From positions 18,292,001 to 18,356,000 of the forward strand of contig CM075987.1 in NCBI GenBank assembly GCA_038087875.1: a stretch of DNA of 64,000 bases, written 5' to 3'. The position numbers were made by a program, and so were the translations under genes. This stretch comes from Malacoraja senta (Eukaryota). How positions within the stretch are numbered: the stretch's first letter is position 1; every line of letters begins with the position of its first letter. Positions 12,884 through 26,365 of this stretch are shown here, one piece after another. The notes under the pieces were generated by a model that saw only the letters and a program-made list of their open reading frames with translations, ran no database searches and had not been told where the DNA came from.

Positions 12884-12943
12884 TTGGGGCTGTTCAAAGC
12901 AGAATTACACCGCCCGTCCAACATCTAATCTCGTTATCAATTG
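12884..12943 (+). CDS. kcnt1: kcnt1 exon (S1-S2 loop): CWGCSKQNYTARPTSNLVINW
   Basis: tctttcctcttag|T ... TG|gtaag; 60 nt, phase 2-2; matches the KCNT1 CWGCxKQNY loop. Confidence 0.92.
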
Positions 12944-13899
12944 GTAAGTAATGCTTTGTGATGAAATGTGCATTCATTAGAATTCTGTAGCAGGGAGGTG
13001 GAGAGAGAAGCCAGATAAGTTGATAAATGAAATCTTTAAATTTATTGATACATTTCTGATAACAAAGTTTTGTTATTCTTTTCCTCCTTTTGAACAGATT
13101 CATAATGCCCAATTTTTTTTCATTTGTTACTTTTAACCAAACAGGTTTGATTATAAAGGAAGGAATATTATATTTAATGCTTTTTAACTACAAAAAAAAA
13201 CGCATCAGGAAGGTCTACACCATGGTATGCTTTTCCATGCATTCAGTGAAGTCTATACTGATCTGATGAAAGTTTAACCAGTGTTAAGGCTACTACTGGG
13301 TTGTAAAGAGAACTTCCTCTTGTGCGACTCACTAACTTATAATGAGAAAAGGCACTTTTTCACTTTAAGCAGTATTGATTATTAATGATCCTCTTGTTAA
13401 GTCTGAATTATTCCCTTACAGTAAAATTAAATGGTTTAACAGTGCAAAATTTCACATCCCAAATGTATTTTTGTTCACCAAACACCAATTAAATAACCAC
13501 AGGTAAGTTTGGGACCTCTGGTGTCCCATGGAGGTTACAGTGCTCAACCTTATTGTTTCATGCCCCCTCCCACGTGAGTAGAAACACATGGATTTGTGGC
13601 ACACCACCCAGAGTTGTCAGTGTAGACGAATGCGTCTACATTTTGCAGTTCCTTTTATAGAATTTTGTTGCACAAGTAGCACGGGTGCCAGAAGCAGTGA
13701 GAGTGATCGCCATTTCATTTTCCCAAACTCTCTGGCATCTGATTTATATTTGATCATAAATCTGAACATTGTTTCCATCTTTTCTTGTGTGATGGATAAA
13801 GTTGTAAAATATTTGATAGATTTTCAGCTTTAATCTTACTATTGGCGAATAGTAAGATGAGAGACGTTGGGGTTCAAGTTTATAGTTCCTTGAAAGTGG

Positions 13900-14518
13900 C
13901 AACCTAAATAGGTAGAGTGATGAAGAGGGCAAATGACACTCATAGGTCAGAGCATAGAATGCAAATGTTGGGGCATTATAAGACTGTCCGTGGACTAGTG
14001 TATGATGTTGTGGTCACCACACAATAGGAAGGCCGCTGATGTGCTGGAGAGAACGAAGCAGAGATTTATCAAGTTGCTGCCTGGTTTGGAGGACTTTAGT
14101 TATGGGGAGATGGATAGACTGGGCTTGTTTTCCCTGGAGGCTGATGGGTGGCCTGGCATGAGGTACATAGAATTATTAGAAGCCTACATAGGAAAGGCAG
14201 AAGGTATCTATCTCCCCATGGTAGAGATATCATAAACAAGTGGACACAGGTTTCAGGTGAGAGGAAAGATTTTAAAAGTGGATTTGAGGGGAAAGTATTT
14301 TTACACAGAGGGTGTGTGATATCTGGTACTAGTGTTCGGGTAGGAGGTGGTGGATTCAGATATGATCACTATATACTATATTGATGAGACATTTAGACAA
14401 GCAAAGCAAGGATACGGAAATAATGTGGGAAAATGGGAATCGCATAAATGGGCAAAAGGGACAGCATGGGTGTGAGGGCCGATGGGCTTGTTTGTGTGCT
14501 GTACAATTCAATGACTCT
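13900..14518 (+). mobile_element. Degenerate CR1 3' fragment
   Basis: WSPH..LER..RF.KLLPGL..LGLFSLE remnant. Confidence 0.7.
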
Positions 14519-14586
14519 AGATATGTGTCATCTCCACTGAATTAGCAGGTTTTAATGTTGCAGGGAAGTGAAATCTAGAGTTGGAA

Positions 14587-14826
14587 TAGAAATATAGAAA
14601 ATAGGTACAGGAATAGGTCAGTCGGCCCTTTGAGCCAGTACCGCCATTCAATATCATCATGGTTGATCATCCAAAATCAGTACCCCGTTCCTGCTTTCTC
14701 CCCATATCCCTTGATTACATTAGCCCTAAGAGCTAAATCTAACTCTCTCTTGAAAACATCCAGTGAACTGGCCTCCTCTGCCTTCTGTGGCCGAGAATTC
14801 CACAGATTCACAACTCTCTGGGTGAA
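14587..14826 (-). mobile_element. CR1 3' end
   Basis: FTQRVVNLWNS..KRELD motif plus 3' UTR. Confidence 0.8.
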
Positions 14827-14901
14827 TATAGCTGGCTGGTTATGACTCTGATATCTGAAAGTGCTAATAGGCTCCAATGCTTGCTATTTTTATATTTACA
14901 G

Positions 14902-14950
14902 GGCACCTATACTTTGGGTGAACAGAAGTCTACCACTGTGGGGAATTCAG
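14902..14950 (+). CDS. kcnt1: kcnt1 exon: WAPILWVNRSLPLWGIQ
   Basis: tttacag|G ... CAG|gtgagt; 49 nt. Confidence 0.93.
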
Positions 14951-15327
14951 GTGAGTGAAAAAAATAAAAGCTAACTGACATCAGGGAAGATTTACTCCAA
15001 TCTCCATTTGTATCGAAGTATAACTGTATTCTTTTTTGTGATGTTGACTCTATTCTATTGACTTGGAGCAGATTTATATTGTATGTAAAGAACATAGAGC
15101 GACACAGGAACAGGTCCTTAGGCCCATAATGTCCAAGCTAAACATGATGCCATGATAAATTAATCTTATCTGCCTACACGTAATGTATATCCCACCATTC
15201 CCTGGATATCAATGTGCTTATCAATAAGACACATAAACACCACTATCGTATCTGCCTGTATCACCTTCCCTGGTTAGGAGAATTGATTTGAAAGATGTGA
15301 TCACTTCATGCATTTTCAGTGGTTGAT

Positions 15328-15465
15328 CTTCTTCTGGCGTATGGCGTGCACAGCCTAAAGTTGTAGGTCAACTTGTTCTATTTGATCTATTTGTTTGTGC
15401 ACGTCGGGTTGATTGCATTAGTCGAAACAGGGTGGACCACGTGAAGGTTGCAATCTTCCACCCCA
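15328..15465 (-). mobile_element. 138-bp non-autonomous retroelement (Ingi/Vingi-like) with 5' HDV-like ribozyme
   Basis: 10-bp TSD agtggttgat (15318-15327, 15466-15475). The 3' end reads GCCATACGCCAGAAGAAG. The 5' end coincides with the ribozyme G1. Family assignment is inference. Confidence 0.75.
15411..15464 (-). ncRNA. Minimal HDV-like self-cleaving ribozyme (54 nt)
   Basis: Minus strand reads GGGGUGG AA GAUUGCA ACC UUCACGU GGU CCACCCU G U UUCG A C UAA UGCAAUC. This gives P1 (7 bp, G.U at the cleavage site), P2 (7 bp perfect), P3 (3 bp), L3 UUCACGU and J4/2 CUAA, with a vestigial P4. Confidence 0.85.
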
Positions 15466-16951
15466 AGTGGTTGATATTGGACCACGTCAGTCTGATCTGA
15501 GCAGCGGCTAAGACATGTTACAGTCATACTGTGCATAAAATGTAGCCTATAACCCATTCCTCACAAGCACAAGACAGTCTCTAGGCTAAGAGAGACCAGG
15601 CAATAATGCACTTTCACAACAGGACTATAAAACATAAAGTCAGAAGATGAATTTTGATTTACCCGATATGGAATATTCACACACTTCCAGCAGGAGACTA
15701 ATTGACCCATTCAGTCCGTGCTGGCTCCCACAGCAATTCCATCAATCCCATTCTCCATTTAATCTCTCCACCCCCCCCCCCTCCCCCCCCCCCCCTGCCC
15801 ACAATTCTTCCTTCTGATTTTCCAGCTATATTAGGAATAATATACAATTCTTCCACCAACTGGAACATTTCTAACAGGTGGGAGTGAGCCACAGCACCCA
15901 GAGGAAACCCACGCAATCACACGGAGAGCATGCAAACGCCACACAGACAGCACCAAAGTCCTGGATAACAGGAGATATGAGGCAGCACCTCTACCTGTTG
16001 CATCACTGTGCCACCCACAAACTGATGAGTTTAATAGCATACTATTCATGCTCTCCATGTGATCAATGTAATTAATTATCCTGGATTATGATTTAAATAT
16101 TTTATGGCAGATCAAACTCCCACTTGCAATTACATTGCATATTTTCAGCATTATTTAAAATAAATAATGAACCCTATCTAAATATTGATCTGATTGATTC
16201 ACTTTAACTCTTATTTAAGCCAAATTTACCTTTTGCTGATAAATTCCTGAACATGTGTTTCGGCATTCGCCAAAAGGTGTTTTCCATTGTGGGAAAATAT
16301 TGAACCAACTACATATATATTTTCGAACTCCACATCCTGCCATCGTGTAGCTGGGATTTCCTCCATATTTGACAGACGATTCACAGTAAACATCTCCCTT
16401 CATTCCTGGAATAAATTTAACATGGGCAAGAATTTCTTCTTGCATGTGTGTGGCTGGAAGATGGTCACTATTTCTTATAATTATTTTAATTATGATTACA
16501 TTACAAATGTGGATGAAGCCTCAAATGAATTATACTTTTGTAGGAAGTGGAGAACTTGCTGTTTTATGTTCAGGAAATGTACTTTATCCAATCTCAAAAT
16601 ACTAAACCTTCATTGTACCAATTTCCATGCTAATATAAACTCAATGTGTAGAGTCTCAGACTCGAAACATGAACTGTTTTTCTTTCCACAGATGCATCTA
16701 ATCTTCTGGGTGTTTCAAGCATTTGATGGGGTTTTTCCCGATTTCTAACATTTGCAGTTAGTTATTCCTGATTTTTCACTTAAAGTGATTTGTTCATCAG
16801 CCTAATATTTAAAAAAAAATAACTGATGAAACTACAGAAGGTCTGCCTGTCTTTTTGTCATTAATTAATGCAGGTTTGAAGTGTCTGTAAATCGTTCACT
16901 CAAATATGCCTAAATTGAACAAACACAGAAGTTTTGTAAAAAATCTAGTTA

Positions 16952-17640
16952 ATAGTGGGAGAGTCTAGGACTAGAGGTCATAGCCTCAGAATTAAAGGAT
17001 GTTTTTTTAGGAAGGACATGCTGACAATTTTCTTTAGTCAGAGGATGGTGAATCTGTGGAATTATTTGCCACAGAAGGCTGTGGAGGCTGTCATTGATAT
17101 TTTTAAGACAGAGATAGATAGATTCTTGATTAGTACAGGTGTCGGAGGTTATGGGGAGAAGGCAGGAGAATGGGGTTAGGAGGGAGAGATAGATCAGCCA
17201 TGATTGAATGGTAGAGTAGACTTGATGGGTCGAATGGCCTAATTCTACCCCTATTAGATACATAGATACATAGAAAATAGATGCAGGAGTAGGCTGATCA
17301 TCCAACTCAGTATCCCGTACCTGCCTTCCCTCCATACCCCCTGATCCCCTTAGCCACAAGGGCCACATCTAACTCCCTCTTAAATATAGCCAATGAACTG
17401 GCCTCAACTACCCTCTGTGGCAGAGAGTTCCAGAGATTCACCACTCTCTGTGTGAAAAAGTTTTTCCTCATCTCGGTCTTAAAGTATTTCCCCCTTATCC
17501 TTAAGCTGTGACCCCTTGTACTGGACTTCCCCAACATCGGGAACAATCTTCCTGCATCTAGCCTGTCCAACCCCATAAGAATTTTGTACGTTTCTATAAG
17601 ATCCCCTCTCAATCTCCTAAATTCTAGCGAGTATAAGCCA
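16952..17640. mobile_element. Tail-to-tail CR1 3' fragments (+16952-17255, -17256-17640)
   Basis: TRGHSLRI...QRVVNLWN motifs on both strands. Confidence 0.85.
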
Positions 17641-18561
17641 AATATATTCCTTATGACATTATGATATGAATTAGATTTAAATCAAGGCAACAGTTGTGAT
17701 AGGACCTGTGTTAATCCATCGGTGCCTGGAATGGATTGCCAGGGGTGGTGGGGGAGGTAGATGCGATAGTGCCTTTTTGGATAGGCACATAGTTATGATG
17801 GGAAAGGAGGGGTGTGCATCACAGGCAGGCAGGGGATATTAGTTGAACTTGGCATCGTGTTTGACACAGACATTGTGGGCTGAAGAGCACTGTGTTATGT
17901 TCTGTGTTTCTACTTTTTTTTGACAAGGACTTTTAATAGTGAAAATAGGTAATGTGAAAATTGCCCAGATCTTCCAGTCAGTGGAAAATATATATCACCT
18001 GGCATAACCTAGCTGACCACTTCCCCTGTGTACTTCTGGCCAGAGTTCTTCAAATCTGGTATCTAATCAGGAAGTGTTCTCACCACCACCTGAAAGTGGG
18101 AAATGCAATGAGGAATTTAACAAACAGCTTGAAGAATCCTCACTGAGACGTGCAGATTCCAAATCAAGGAGTATTACATTAAATTTGATTTAATTTAACC
18201 ATAATAGAGCAAATGAAATGTGGAATTAAAGGAGAAAATGTAGAGGCACAACAGAAAAAAATTTAAAAGAAAAATCATTTAAAGTTCATTTATAAACTGT
18301 AAAAAAAAAAACTCCAACTGTATTTACATTCAGAAAAAAATAGACTTTGTAAGATTCAATTTGCAAGGTCAGAGGCAGATTGGCAACAATTTTGACTGAT
18401 GACTTAGCAGTAATCATAATAGATGGATTCTTGTACATTGGAATACCGCAGACTATTTTTGCTCCAATGTTTAAGAGGACAATGCACCAGGTTTGCGTTT
18501 ACCTTTTATTAAGTAGGAACCCAAATTAACTCTGATTGTTGTTATTCATTTCTCTCCACAG

Positions 18562-18621
18562 GTTACAGTGGCTTTAATTGGCTTTCTGGAGACTATGCTC
18601 CTCACGTATTTAAGTTACAAG
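18562..18621 (+). CDS. kcnt1: kcnt1 exon (S2): VTVALIGFLETMLLTYLSYK
   Basis: ctccacag|GTT ... AAG|gtaaga; 60 nt. Confidence 0.94.
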
Positions 18622-19529
18622 GTAAGAGTTATTCTAAATAATCTCTCTTTGAAAGATAAATAGCTTCAACAATTTAAAACCCAATTCTGATGGCCATATA
18701 TTTAATATTTTTAATATTCAGTTGATTCCATGAGGTTCTTCACTTGTGGTTGGCTGAGTGCTGGTTCAACTTTGGCAGATTTACTGCTTCATAATCCATT
18801 CTCATGAATTCGGAACAAAGTCAGACCACAAGGACCACTCCACTGGCGTCTGGTAATCCATTCTGGTCCACGGTTTCCAGAGCTGTTATGACCTTTTGTA
18901 TTACAGTGACCATAAATGTTTATACAGAGGTATAAGTTGACGGTCCTTCTAACAGACTGCACACAGTATTTATAGAACCTAAATTTATCAACATTTGGCA
19001 AGATTACTATATTTGCCCTGCCAGAATTTGAAATGCGATTCCAGCAGAGAAATAGCAGAGTACCAATAAAGAACTGAAAATAACAGTATTTTATTTGTTG
19101 GTTGGGTTTGCTGAGACTTTTTTGAAAGACCCTTTGGGAACCATGCAGAAAAAGGGCCACTACAGCAGCCCCAGGCTACTGAATAGAAGAGAAATTGCTG
19201 TCAGGACTATATCTTAGCAGGCGACAAGCAGGTGATAAATGATGGCACAGGTGAAGCCAACTGACCTGCTTCTGATAAGGAAGCATAGGGGAAATATAAG
19301 TGGCCTCACATATGAAGAGTCTTGCCATAACTCAAAGCTGCTGGCGTAACAATTCCAAAAAGTATTCAGTTTTGTTTTAATGAGAATTCTGAGCACAATA
19401 GGTCTGTTGGTAATTCCAAGTGTCTTTCACCCTTTGATTCATCCCAGCCAAATACAACCCTCAAAACATATCAGTAATGATCCAGCTATGATTCTTTTGT
19501 GTCTTCCTCTCTCACAATGCCTGTACACA

Positions 19530-20770
19530 TAGAACATAGAACAGCACAGCACAGGAACAGGTCCTTCAGCCCACAATGTCTATGACAAACATGATGCCAA
19601 GTTAAACTAATCTCCTCTACCTGTACATGATCCATATAAGACCATAAGAAATAGGAGCAGAATTAGGCCATTTGGCCCTTGAGTCTGCTTTGTCGTTCGA
19701 TCTATTTTTCCCTTTCAACTCTATTCTTCTGCCTTCTCTCTGTAATATTTGATGCCCTTATTAATCAAGAACCCATCAATCTCTGTTTTAAAAATACCCA
19801 GTTATTTGGCGCCACCGCTATCTCTGGCAATGAACTCCACAGGTAAGGTGGAGTAAACTTCTACCATAACCATACTTCTCTAATTCCTACTAGGCCGTGC
19901 ATATGTAAAAGCCTCTTAAATACCACGACCATATCTGTCTCCACCACATCCTGGGCAACGCATTCCATGCACCCACCACACTCTGTGTAAAAAAACTTGC
20001 TGCACATCTTTAAACTTAGCTCCTCTCAGCTTCTAGTCTTTGACATTTCCGCCCTGCGAAAGAAAGATCTGACTATCTACTATGCTTCTCATAAATTTAT
20101 ATACTTCTATCAGGTCTCTGCTCAACCTCTGACGCTCACAAGAAAATAATCGAAGTTTATACAACCTCTCATAGCAAATGTCCTCTAATTCAGGCAACAT
20201 TCTGGTAAACCTCTTCTGCACTCTCTCCAAAGCTTACAAATATTGGGTGATGAATCTGTGGAATTATTTGCCACAGAAGGCTGTGGAGGCAAAGCCAGTA
20301 GATATATTTAAGGCAGAGATAGATAGATTCTTGATTAGTACGGGTGTCAGAGGTTATGGGGAGAAAGCAGGAGAATGGGGTTAGGAGAGAGGGATAGATC
20401 AGCCATGATTGAATGGCATAGACTTGATGGGCCGGATGGCCTAATTCTGCTCCTATCACATGATCTTATGATGTTTCCTGTAATAGGTCAAACAGAAATG
20501 AACACAATTCTCCAATTGAGGCCTAACCCAAAGTCCTATATTGCTGCATCATGACTCACTAACTCTTATACTCAATGCCCCAACCGATGAAGGCATGTGT
20601 AAATAATATATCCCAAAACATAATTAGACTGTCTCTTTCAAGACTGTCACAAAATCAAGGGATATGGGGAGAAAGCAGGAACAGGGTACTGATTCTGGAT
20701 GATCATATTGAATTGCGGTGCTGGCTCGAAGGGCCGAATGGCCTACTCCTGTACATATTTTCTATGTTTC
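19530..20770. mobile_element. Nested CR1 3' fragments
   Basis: LERVQKRFTRMLPEL remnant on minus with inserted CR1 tails on both strands. Confidence 0.7.
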
Positions 20771-23674
20771 GTTGACACTGACTCTGTATCTTCCCTCACT
20801 CTTTCTCCTAACTTTTTTCTACCTCATTCACTTTTAATTTTACTCACTTCCTACTTCTTTCATGCTCACATTTTCCTGCCTTTGTCCCGTCTCTACCACC
20901 TCCCAGTGTATCAGAAATGCCATTTTGAAATCAGTATCTTTAATGCATCAAATGGTGTTGCAGCTCCCTCTAATAGTGCGTCCACTTTTTTTTCTTATTC
21001 CCTACAGCGGTTGATGGTAGCATCAACCCGTCCTAATCTGCCTACTAGAGAGTCGACAAGAGCACAATTTTAAATGGGCAATATGCCGATTGTTGTTTTA
21101 TCAAATGCATTAGTTGGGACTCCACTTCAAGGGGAACATTCCCGAAAACCCCAACATAGAAATGATCACTCACCCCAATTCTTATTGTTTTGGCGGCGTT
21201 TCAAATAAGTTTCTTCACCCAATTTTTGAGTGACAAAGCTCTCATTTGGAAAGAAACCTGAATGTGTGCTCAAAGTTTATATCAATATTATAAATTATGT
21301 TATGTCACCCACACATGTTTTAAATATGAGAAAGTAGATTAATTGGAAGTGAGATTTTTCGTAGACTGTTAACTGAGGTTGGGAATGAGAGATTCAGCTG
21401 AGAAAACATCCATGTTTTCAGGAAAATCAGAATGGTCAATACACTAATTTAGCAGTTATCTAAAGACCACATTTTTATGGAGCCTACTGTAGAGATACTT
21501 TTGGTTTTTTTAATGTAATTAAGAAAAATTGAATCATAATTTGAAGTTAGATTAATTTAAGAAGATAAATTGAGCCAAATGGAAGATACTGATTGCACAC
21601 CTACCCTGCATAAGGGCAGCATACATGTTCTGGCTTTGAACTAACATTCAGGTCCTTCTAATTTAAAAAAAAGGAAGATGCAAACTCTTCAGCTGGACAT
21701 TTCATAAAAAGCCCACAGTTATCTTAATGTTAACACTTTAAAACAATGAATAGATGAAAAAGTGATCAGAGATATGTTAAAAGATTTGAATAGATTTATA
21801 TAATTAAGAATCAGAAATATTGATAAAAAATACCAGAAAAACTCCTCTATGTTTTAACATAAAAATATACTGCTTCTTCATGGGACTAGAGTAGGTCGTG
21901 GTTTAATGCAGGAAAATAGGCCAACTTAAAATTAATCCTCGTTGGTAGTGCAAAATGCCCCATCGCGCCATACTGTGTATTGCATAATTGGCTCTGCTGA
22001 CTGCAAATATTTAAACAAGCATTTAAGTTCTGCACTGGAATGTTACCTTTGATTTAGTGCTCGAACTCTGTAGTGGGAATTGAACCTCCAATTCACCTAA
22101 AGGCACATTTAACTGAAATAGAGTCATTGAGTGATTCAGTGTGGAAACAGACCCTTCGGCCCAACTTGCCCACACCGGCCAACATGTCCCAGCTACACTA
22201 GGCCCAACTGCCAGCATTTGGTCCATATCCGTCCAAACCTGTCCTATCATTTACCTGTCTAACAGTTTCTTACATGTTGGGATAGTCCCTGCCTCAACTA
22301 CCTCCTCTGACAGCTTGTTCCATACATCTACCACCCCTTGTGTGAAAAATAACAATTTAAATCATTAATCTTGATTAAAATAATGAAAACAAAGATTTTC
22401 CATTTATAATAATGGTCTAACTGCTTGAATGGGGACATGGATAGAAAAGGTTGTGAGGAATGTGAGCCAAATGTGGGCAAATGGGACTAGCTTAGATGGG
22501 GTGTCTTGGTCAACATGGGCTAGTTGGGCCCAAGGGACTGTTTCCACGCTATATGACTGAGTTCCCTCTAATTAAGGGTGAAGCAACTCTTGCCCTGGTG
22601 TTAATAGTTGGCAACTCGTTGTGTGCCAGTATGAGATGATTTGTCACAAGTGCTGTATAAAAATTCTGTATTTTGGCTAGCTATCCCATTTCACTGTTGT
22701 GGAAAAAGCTTGAATTTGCCAGCCACATCAAACACTGTAAAGTAATTCATCTGTAAGCTCCAACCCCTGCTGAAAGAGAAAAATAGGTCTTTAATGCTAA
22801 AGAAGGGTTCTGACCAGAAACATCGCCAACCCATGCTGCACAGATGTTGCCTGATCAGCTGAATTCCTAAAGCACTTTGTAATTTGCTCAATTTTCTAAC
22901 ATCTGCAGTTTCTTGCGTCTCCAACAGGGCTCTTTATGATTGTTGCTCCTCCCTGGACTGCCCTGGAGCACACTTCAAACATACACGCTTTCTCTACAAC
23001 TAGGATTAATTGATTCTGAGGAGAGCTTATTCAAATTTGATACCTCTCTCATCTCTAGTGCCATGAGACTTTGCACCATTAACTAAGACATTTGCAGGGA
23101 CAGTTCTGACATTTTAAATTACCAGAATTGCTTTGTGCACTTGAATAATCACTACAGTGCAATATGGAATGCTGAAGAGTTACTGCTTCACAGGATAAAG
23201 TAACAAATGTATTAGATTGTTAATAATAACTATCAATGAAATCATGAGTGGCCCATGCACTTGGAGTAACACTGTGATTTTGTGACGTGTTGGAAAGGGG
23301 GAGAATAGATTTATTCCTGCCAGTCTTTCCAACATGGTGACACCACCTCCATCTGGAGTGGAGTCTGACAATTTAATTTGTTTAAATCCTCTCAATACCA
23401 GTTTTACTGAAGTGCTTTAGAAATTTGGTTCAGAATGTTTGCAATTTCGAGCCATAAAATTAACAGTCCAGCATGGAAGATAACTGACCATACAGTCATT
23501 GATTCCATGTTCCCGATGTTTGGTTAGTCAACACTGCACCATCTCAAAGCCAGTCAATTTGGTTTACGTGAAGTGATGTAGTCAGTTTTAAAGTTGGCAG
23601 CAGCTGAACTCAAATCAAGACATTGAGTGGAAAAATATGTGTAAAATTAATTCACTGCATTCTGTTTCATACAG

Positions 23675-23749
23675 GGAAATATCTGGGAACAGATTTTCCG
23701 AATATCTTTTCTCCTTGAAATGATCAACACTGTTCCTTTTATTGTCACT
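23675..23749 (+). CDS. kcnt1: kcnt1 exon (S3): [25 protein letters not shown]
   Basis: catacag|GGA ... ACT|gtaagt; 75 nt. Confidence 0.95.
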
Positions 23750-23982
23750 GTAAGTAAATGTGAACGATTTATCTCTGACTTTTCAAAGCACTAACCGGAT
23801 TGGCAATTTGTTGCAATTATGTAATTACTATTAGAGAAGCTTAACTCTATCTAGTTCCAGGAGCAGTAATTTGTAAAAAATTATAGACTCACTGCCTTAC
23901 AGATAGATATTCACAGATTGTCTTAACACATGCAAAGTGTTATTGATATTTCTTGTGATCTTGATTGTAATTAAGATGACAC

Positions 23983-24292
23983 TTAGTTTAGTTTAGAGAC
24001 AGAGCATGGAAAGAGGCTCTTTGACCCATCAAGTCCACAACAGGCATTTATCACCCGTTCCCACTAGTTCAATGTAATGCCACTTTCACACTGACTCCCT
24101 ATACACTAGGGGCAATTTACAGAGCAAATAACCCACAAACCTGCACATCTTTGAGATGTGGGAGGAATCCGGAACGTCTGGAGGAAATGCATGATCACAG
24201 GGAGAACGTGCAAACTCCGCACAGACAGCACCCAAGGTCAGGATTGAACTCGTGTCACTGGTGCTGTGAGGCACAGCTCTATCAGCTGTTAC
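23983..24292 (-). mobile_element. HE1-like V-SINE
   Basis: Homologous to 1121-1454. Confidence 0.7.
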
Positions 24293-25412
24293 ACTTACTA
24301 ACACAGGAGCTTTAGAACAACCTATTTACAGATATAGCTGTATTGTGTTACTGAGTTTGCAGAAGGGTCCTGGCCCATAAAATCATCTGTCCATTATCTT
24401 CACAGATGCTGCCTGACCCGCTGATTTCCTCCACGCTTTGTGTTTTGCTTAAAATTCTAGCATCTGAAGTCTCGTGTGTCTTTATTCTAGTTATTTGCTT
24501 CTTCTTCACCCCAAAGTTTCATAGTCTTACATTCAATGATCTTTTATCAGGACCTGATAACAGGTTATTGACCTGAAGCGTAAACTTTCTCTCTCCTGAC
24601 CTGCTGCGTGTTTTCAGTATTTTGAGTTTTATATTTTATATAAAATTGTTACAAATTACCTGGGCACGTGAAGTTATAAAGCAAAATGGCTTTCTGTTAC
24701 ATGTCCAGTCTCTCAATCTCTTGACAGATCTTTCTGTGTTCAAGATGATCCAACTGCTAATGAGATCTAATCTTGCAGAAATCTTCCTAAGCACAGATGA
24801 CTTAACAATTAAAGCATTCCTTTTTGACAAGACACTATAAAGTTTTGAAAATGTCTGCTGTACTAGATTTCTGCGGCAACTACTTTCTGAAGGAGATGCC
24901 ATCTGTTGAACTGATCTTTTTCCAATCAGATTTTCTTATTTAAGGAGGCTAAGTGGCTCTGGACATGCTAAGGCTGCAATGGAGTCATTACTGTAGAACA
25001 GCCATGAAGTGTTATGAACGGTGTTTTACATAACTTGATAACAAACCCTTTCAAGTTTCCATTAGTTCTTTTGAAGTCCAATACTTTGCACCACATATAT
25101 GAACTAACTATCTTTGTCAGGCTGACATTATTCCAGTTTAATGGTTTAGGTTTATTACTGTCAGGTGTATCGAGGTACAGTGAAAGGCTTTGTTGTGCAT
25201 GCTAATACTATATATAAATGAAATCGTCAAACTCAAGTACAATAATGATACAGATTGCTGAATCTGCCCCTCTTCCTCTCTCTCTGTCACATCTAGTATA
25301 TGTTTTCCATATAACGCATTTTGATATGCTGCTTTTCTATCAATATGATATTTGGTCATTGTTGATATATTGTGCATTTTCCCTGAGTGAGCATCTTCTT
25401 TTATCTTGGCAG

Positions 25413-25496
25413 ATTTTTTGGCCGCCCTTGAGGAATCTCTTCATCCCAGTGTTTCTAAACTGCTGGCTGGCCAAACATGCACTGGAGAACATGATT
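25413..25496 (+). CDS. kcnt1: kcnt1 exon (S4): [28 protein letters not shown]
   Basis: cttggcag|ATT ... ATT|gtaagt; 84 nt; also visible inside ORF 25218..25601. Confidence 0.96.
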
Positions 25497-25785
25497 GTAA
25501 GTGATCAATTTTATCCTGCATCCTGTAGTTATCACCAAACACATATTCACAGAGACTCACTCACCCTTTATCCTCCTTCGCTCTATGGAATAAAGTCCTA
25601 GCTTGCCAAATCTCTCCCTCTAGCTCAGACACACAAGTCCTGGTAGTATCCTCATCAATCTTTCCTGCACTCTTTCCAGCTTAATAACATCTTTCTTTTA
25701 GTAGGGTGACCATACCTGAACGCAATACCCCATAGGTGGCCGCACCAATGTCTTGCACAAGTGTAACATAACATCCCAACTTCTA

Positions 25786-26365
25786 CTTCCCCCCTCGACT
25801 CCATTCAAGGACCCAAGCAGTCGTTCCAGGTGCGACAGAGGTTCACCTGCATCTCCTCCAACCTCATCTATTGCATCCGCTGCTCTAGATGTCAGCTGAT
25901 CTACATCGGTGAGACCAAGCGTAGGCTTGGCGATCGTTTCGCCGAACACCTCCGGTCGGTCCGCAATAACCAACCTGACCTCCCGGTGGCTCAGCACTTC
26001 AACTCCCCCTCCCATTCCGTATCTGACCTCTCTGTCCTGGGTCTCCTCCATGGCCACAGCGAGCAACACGGTAAATTGGAGGAAATGCACCTCATATTCC
26101 TCCAGTCTACATCCTGGGGGCTTGAACATTGAATTCTCCCAATTCTGCTAGCCCTTGCTGTCCCCTCCCCTTCATCAGCCCTCTGGTTGTCTCCTCCCCT
26201 CCCCCAGCCCTCGGGCTCCTCCTCCGCCTTTTTCCTTTTTTCCTTTCTTCTCCCCACCCCCTATCAGTCTGAAGAAGTGTTTCGGCCTGAAACGTTGCCT
26301 ATTTCCTTCGCTCCATAGATGCTGCTGCACCCGCTGAGTTTCTCCAGCATTTTTTGTGTACCTTC
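25786..26365 (+). mobile_element. Penelope-like (Neptune-type) 3' fragment: GIY-YIG endonuclease plus pLTR, inserted in a CR1 remnant
   Basis: FTCISSNLIYCIRCSRCQLIYIGETKRRLGDRFAEH...VAQHF; hammerhead-like motif at 26265-26299. Confidence 0.9.

Noticed and set aside
16287..16748. 153-aa ORF in an intron
   Set aside because: No recognisable domain, AT-rich composition and no splice context.
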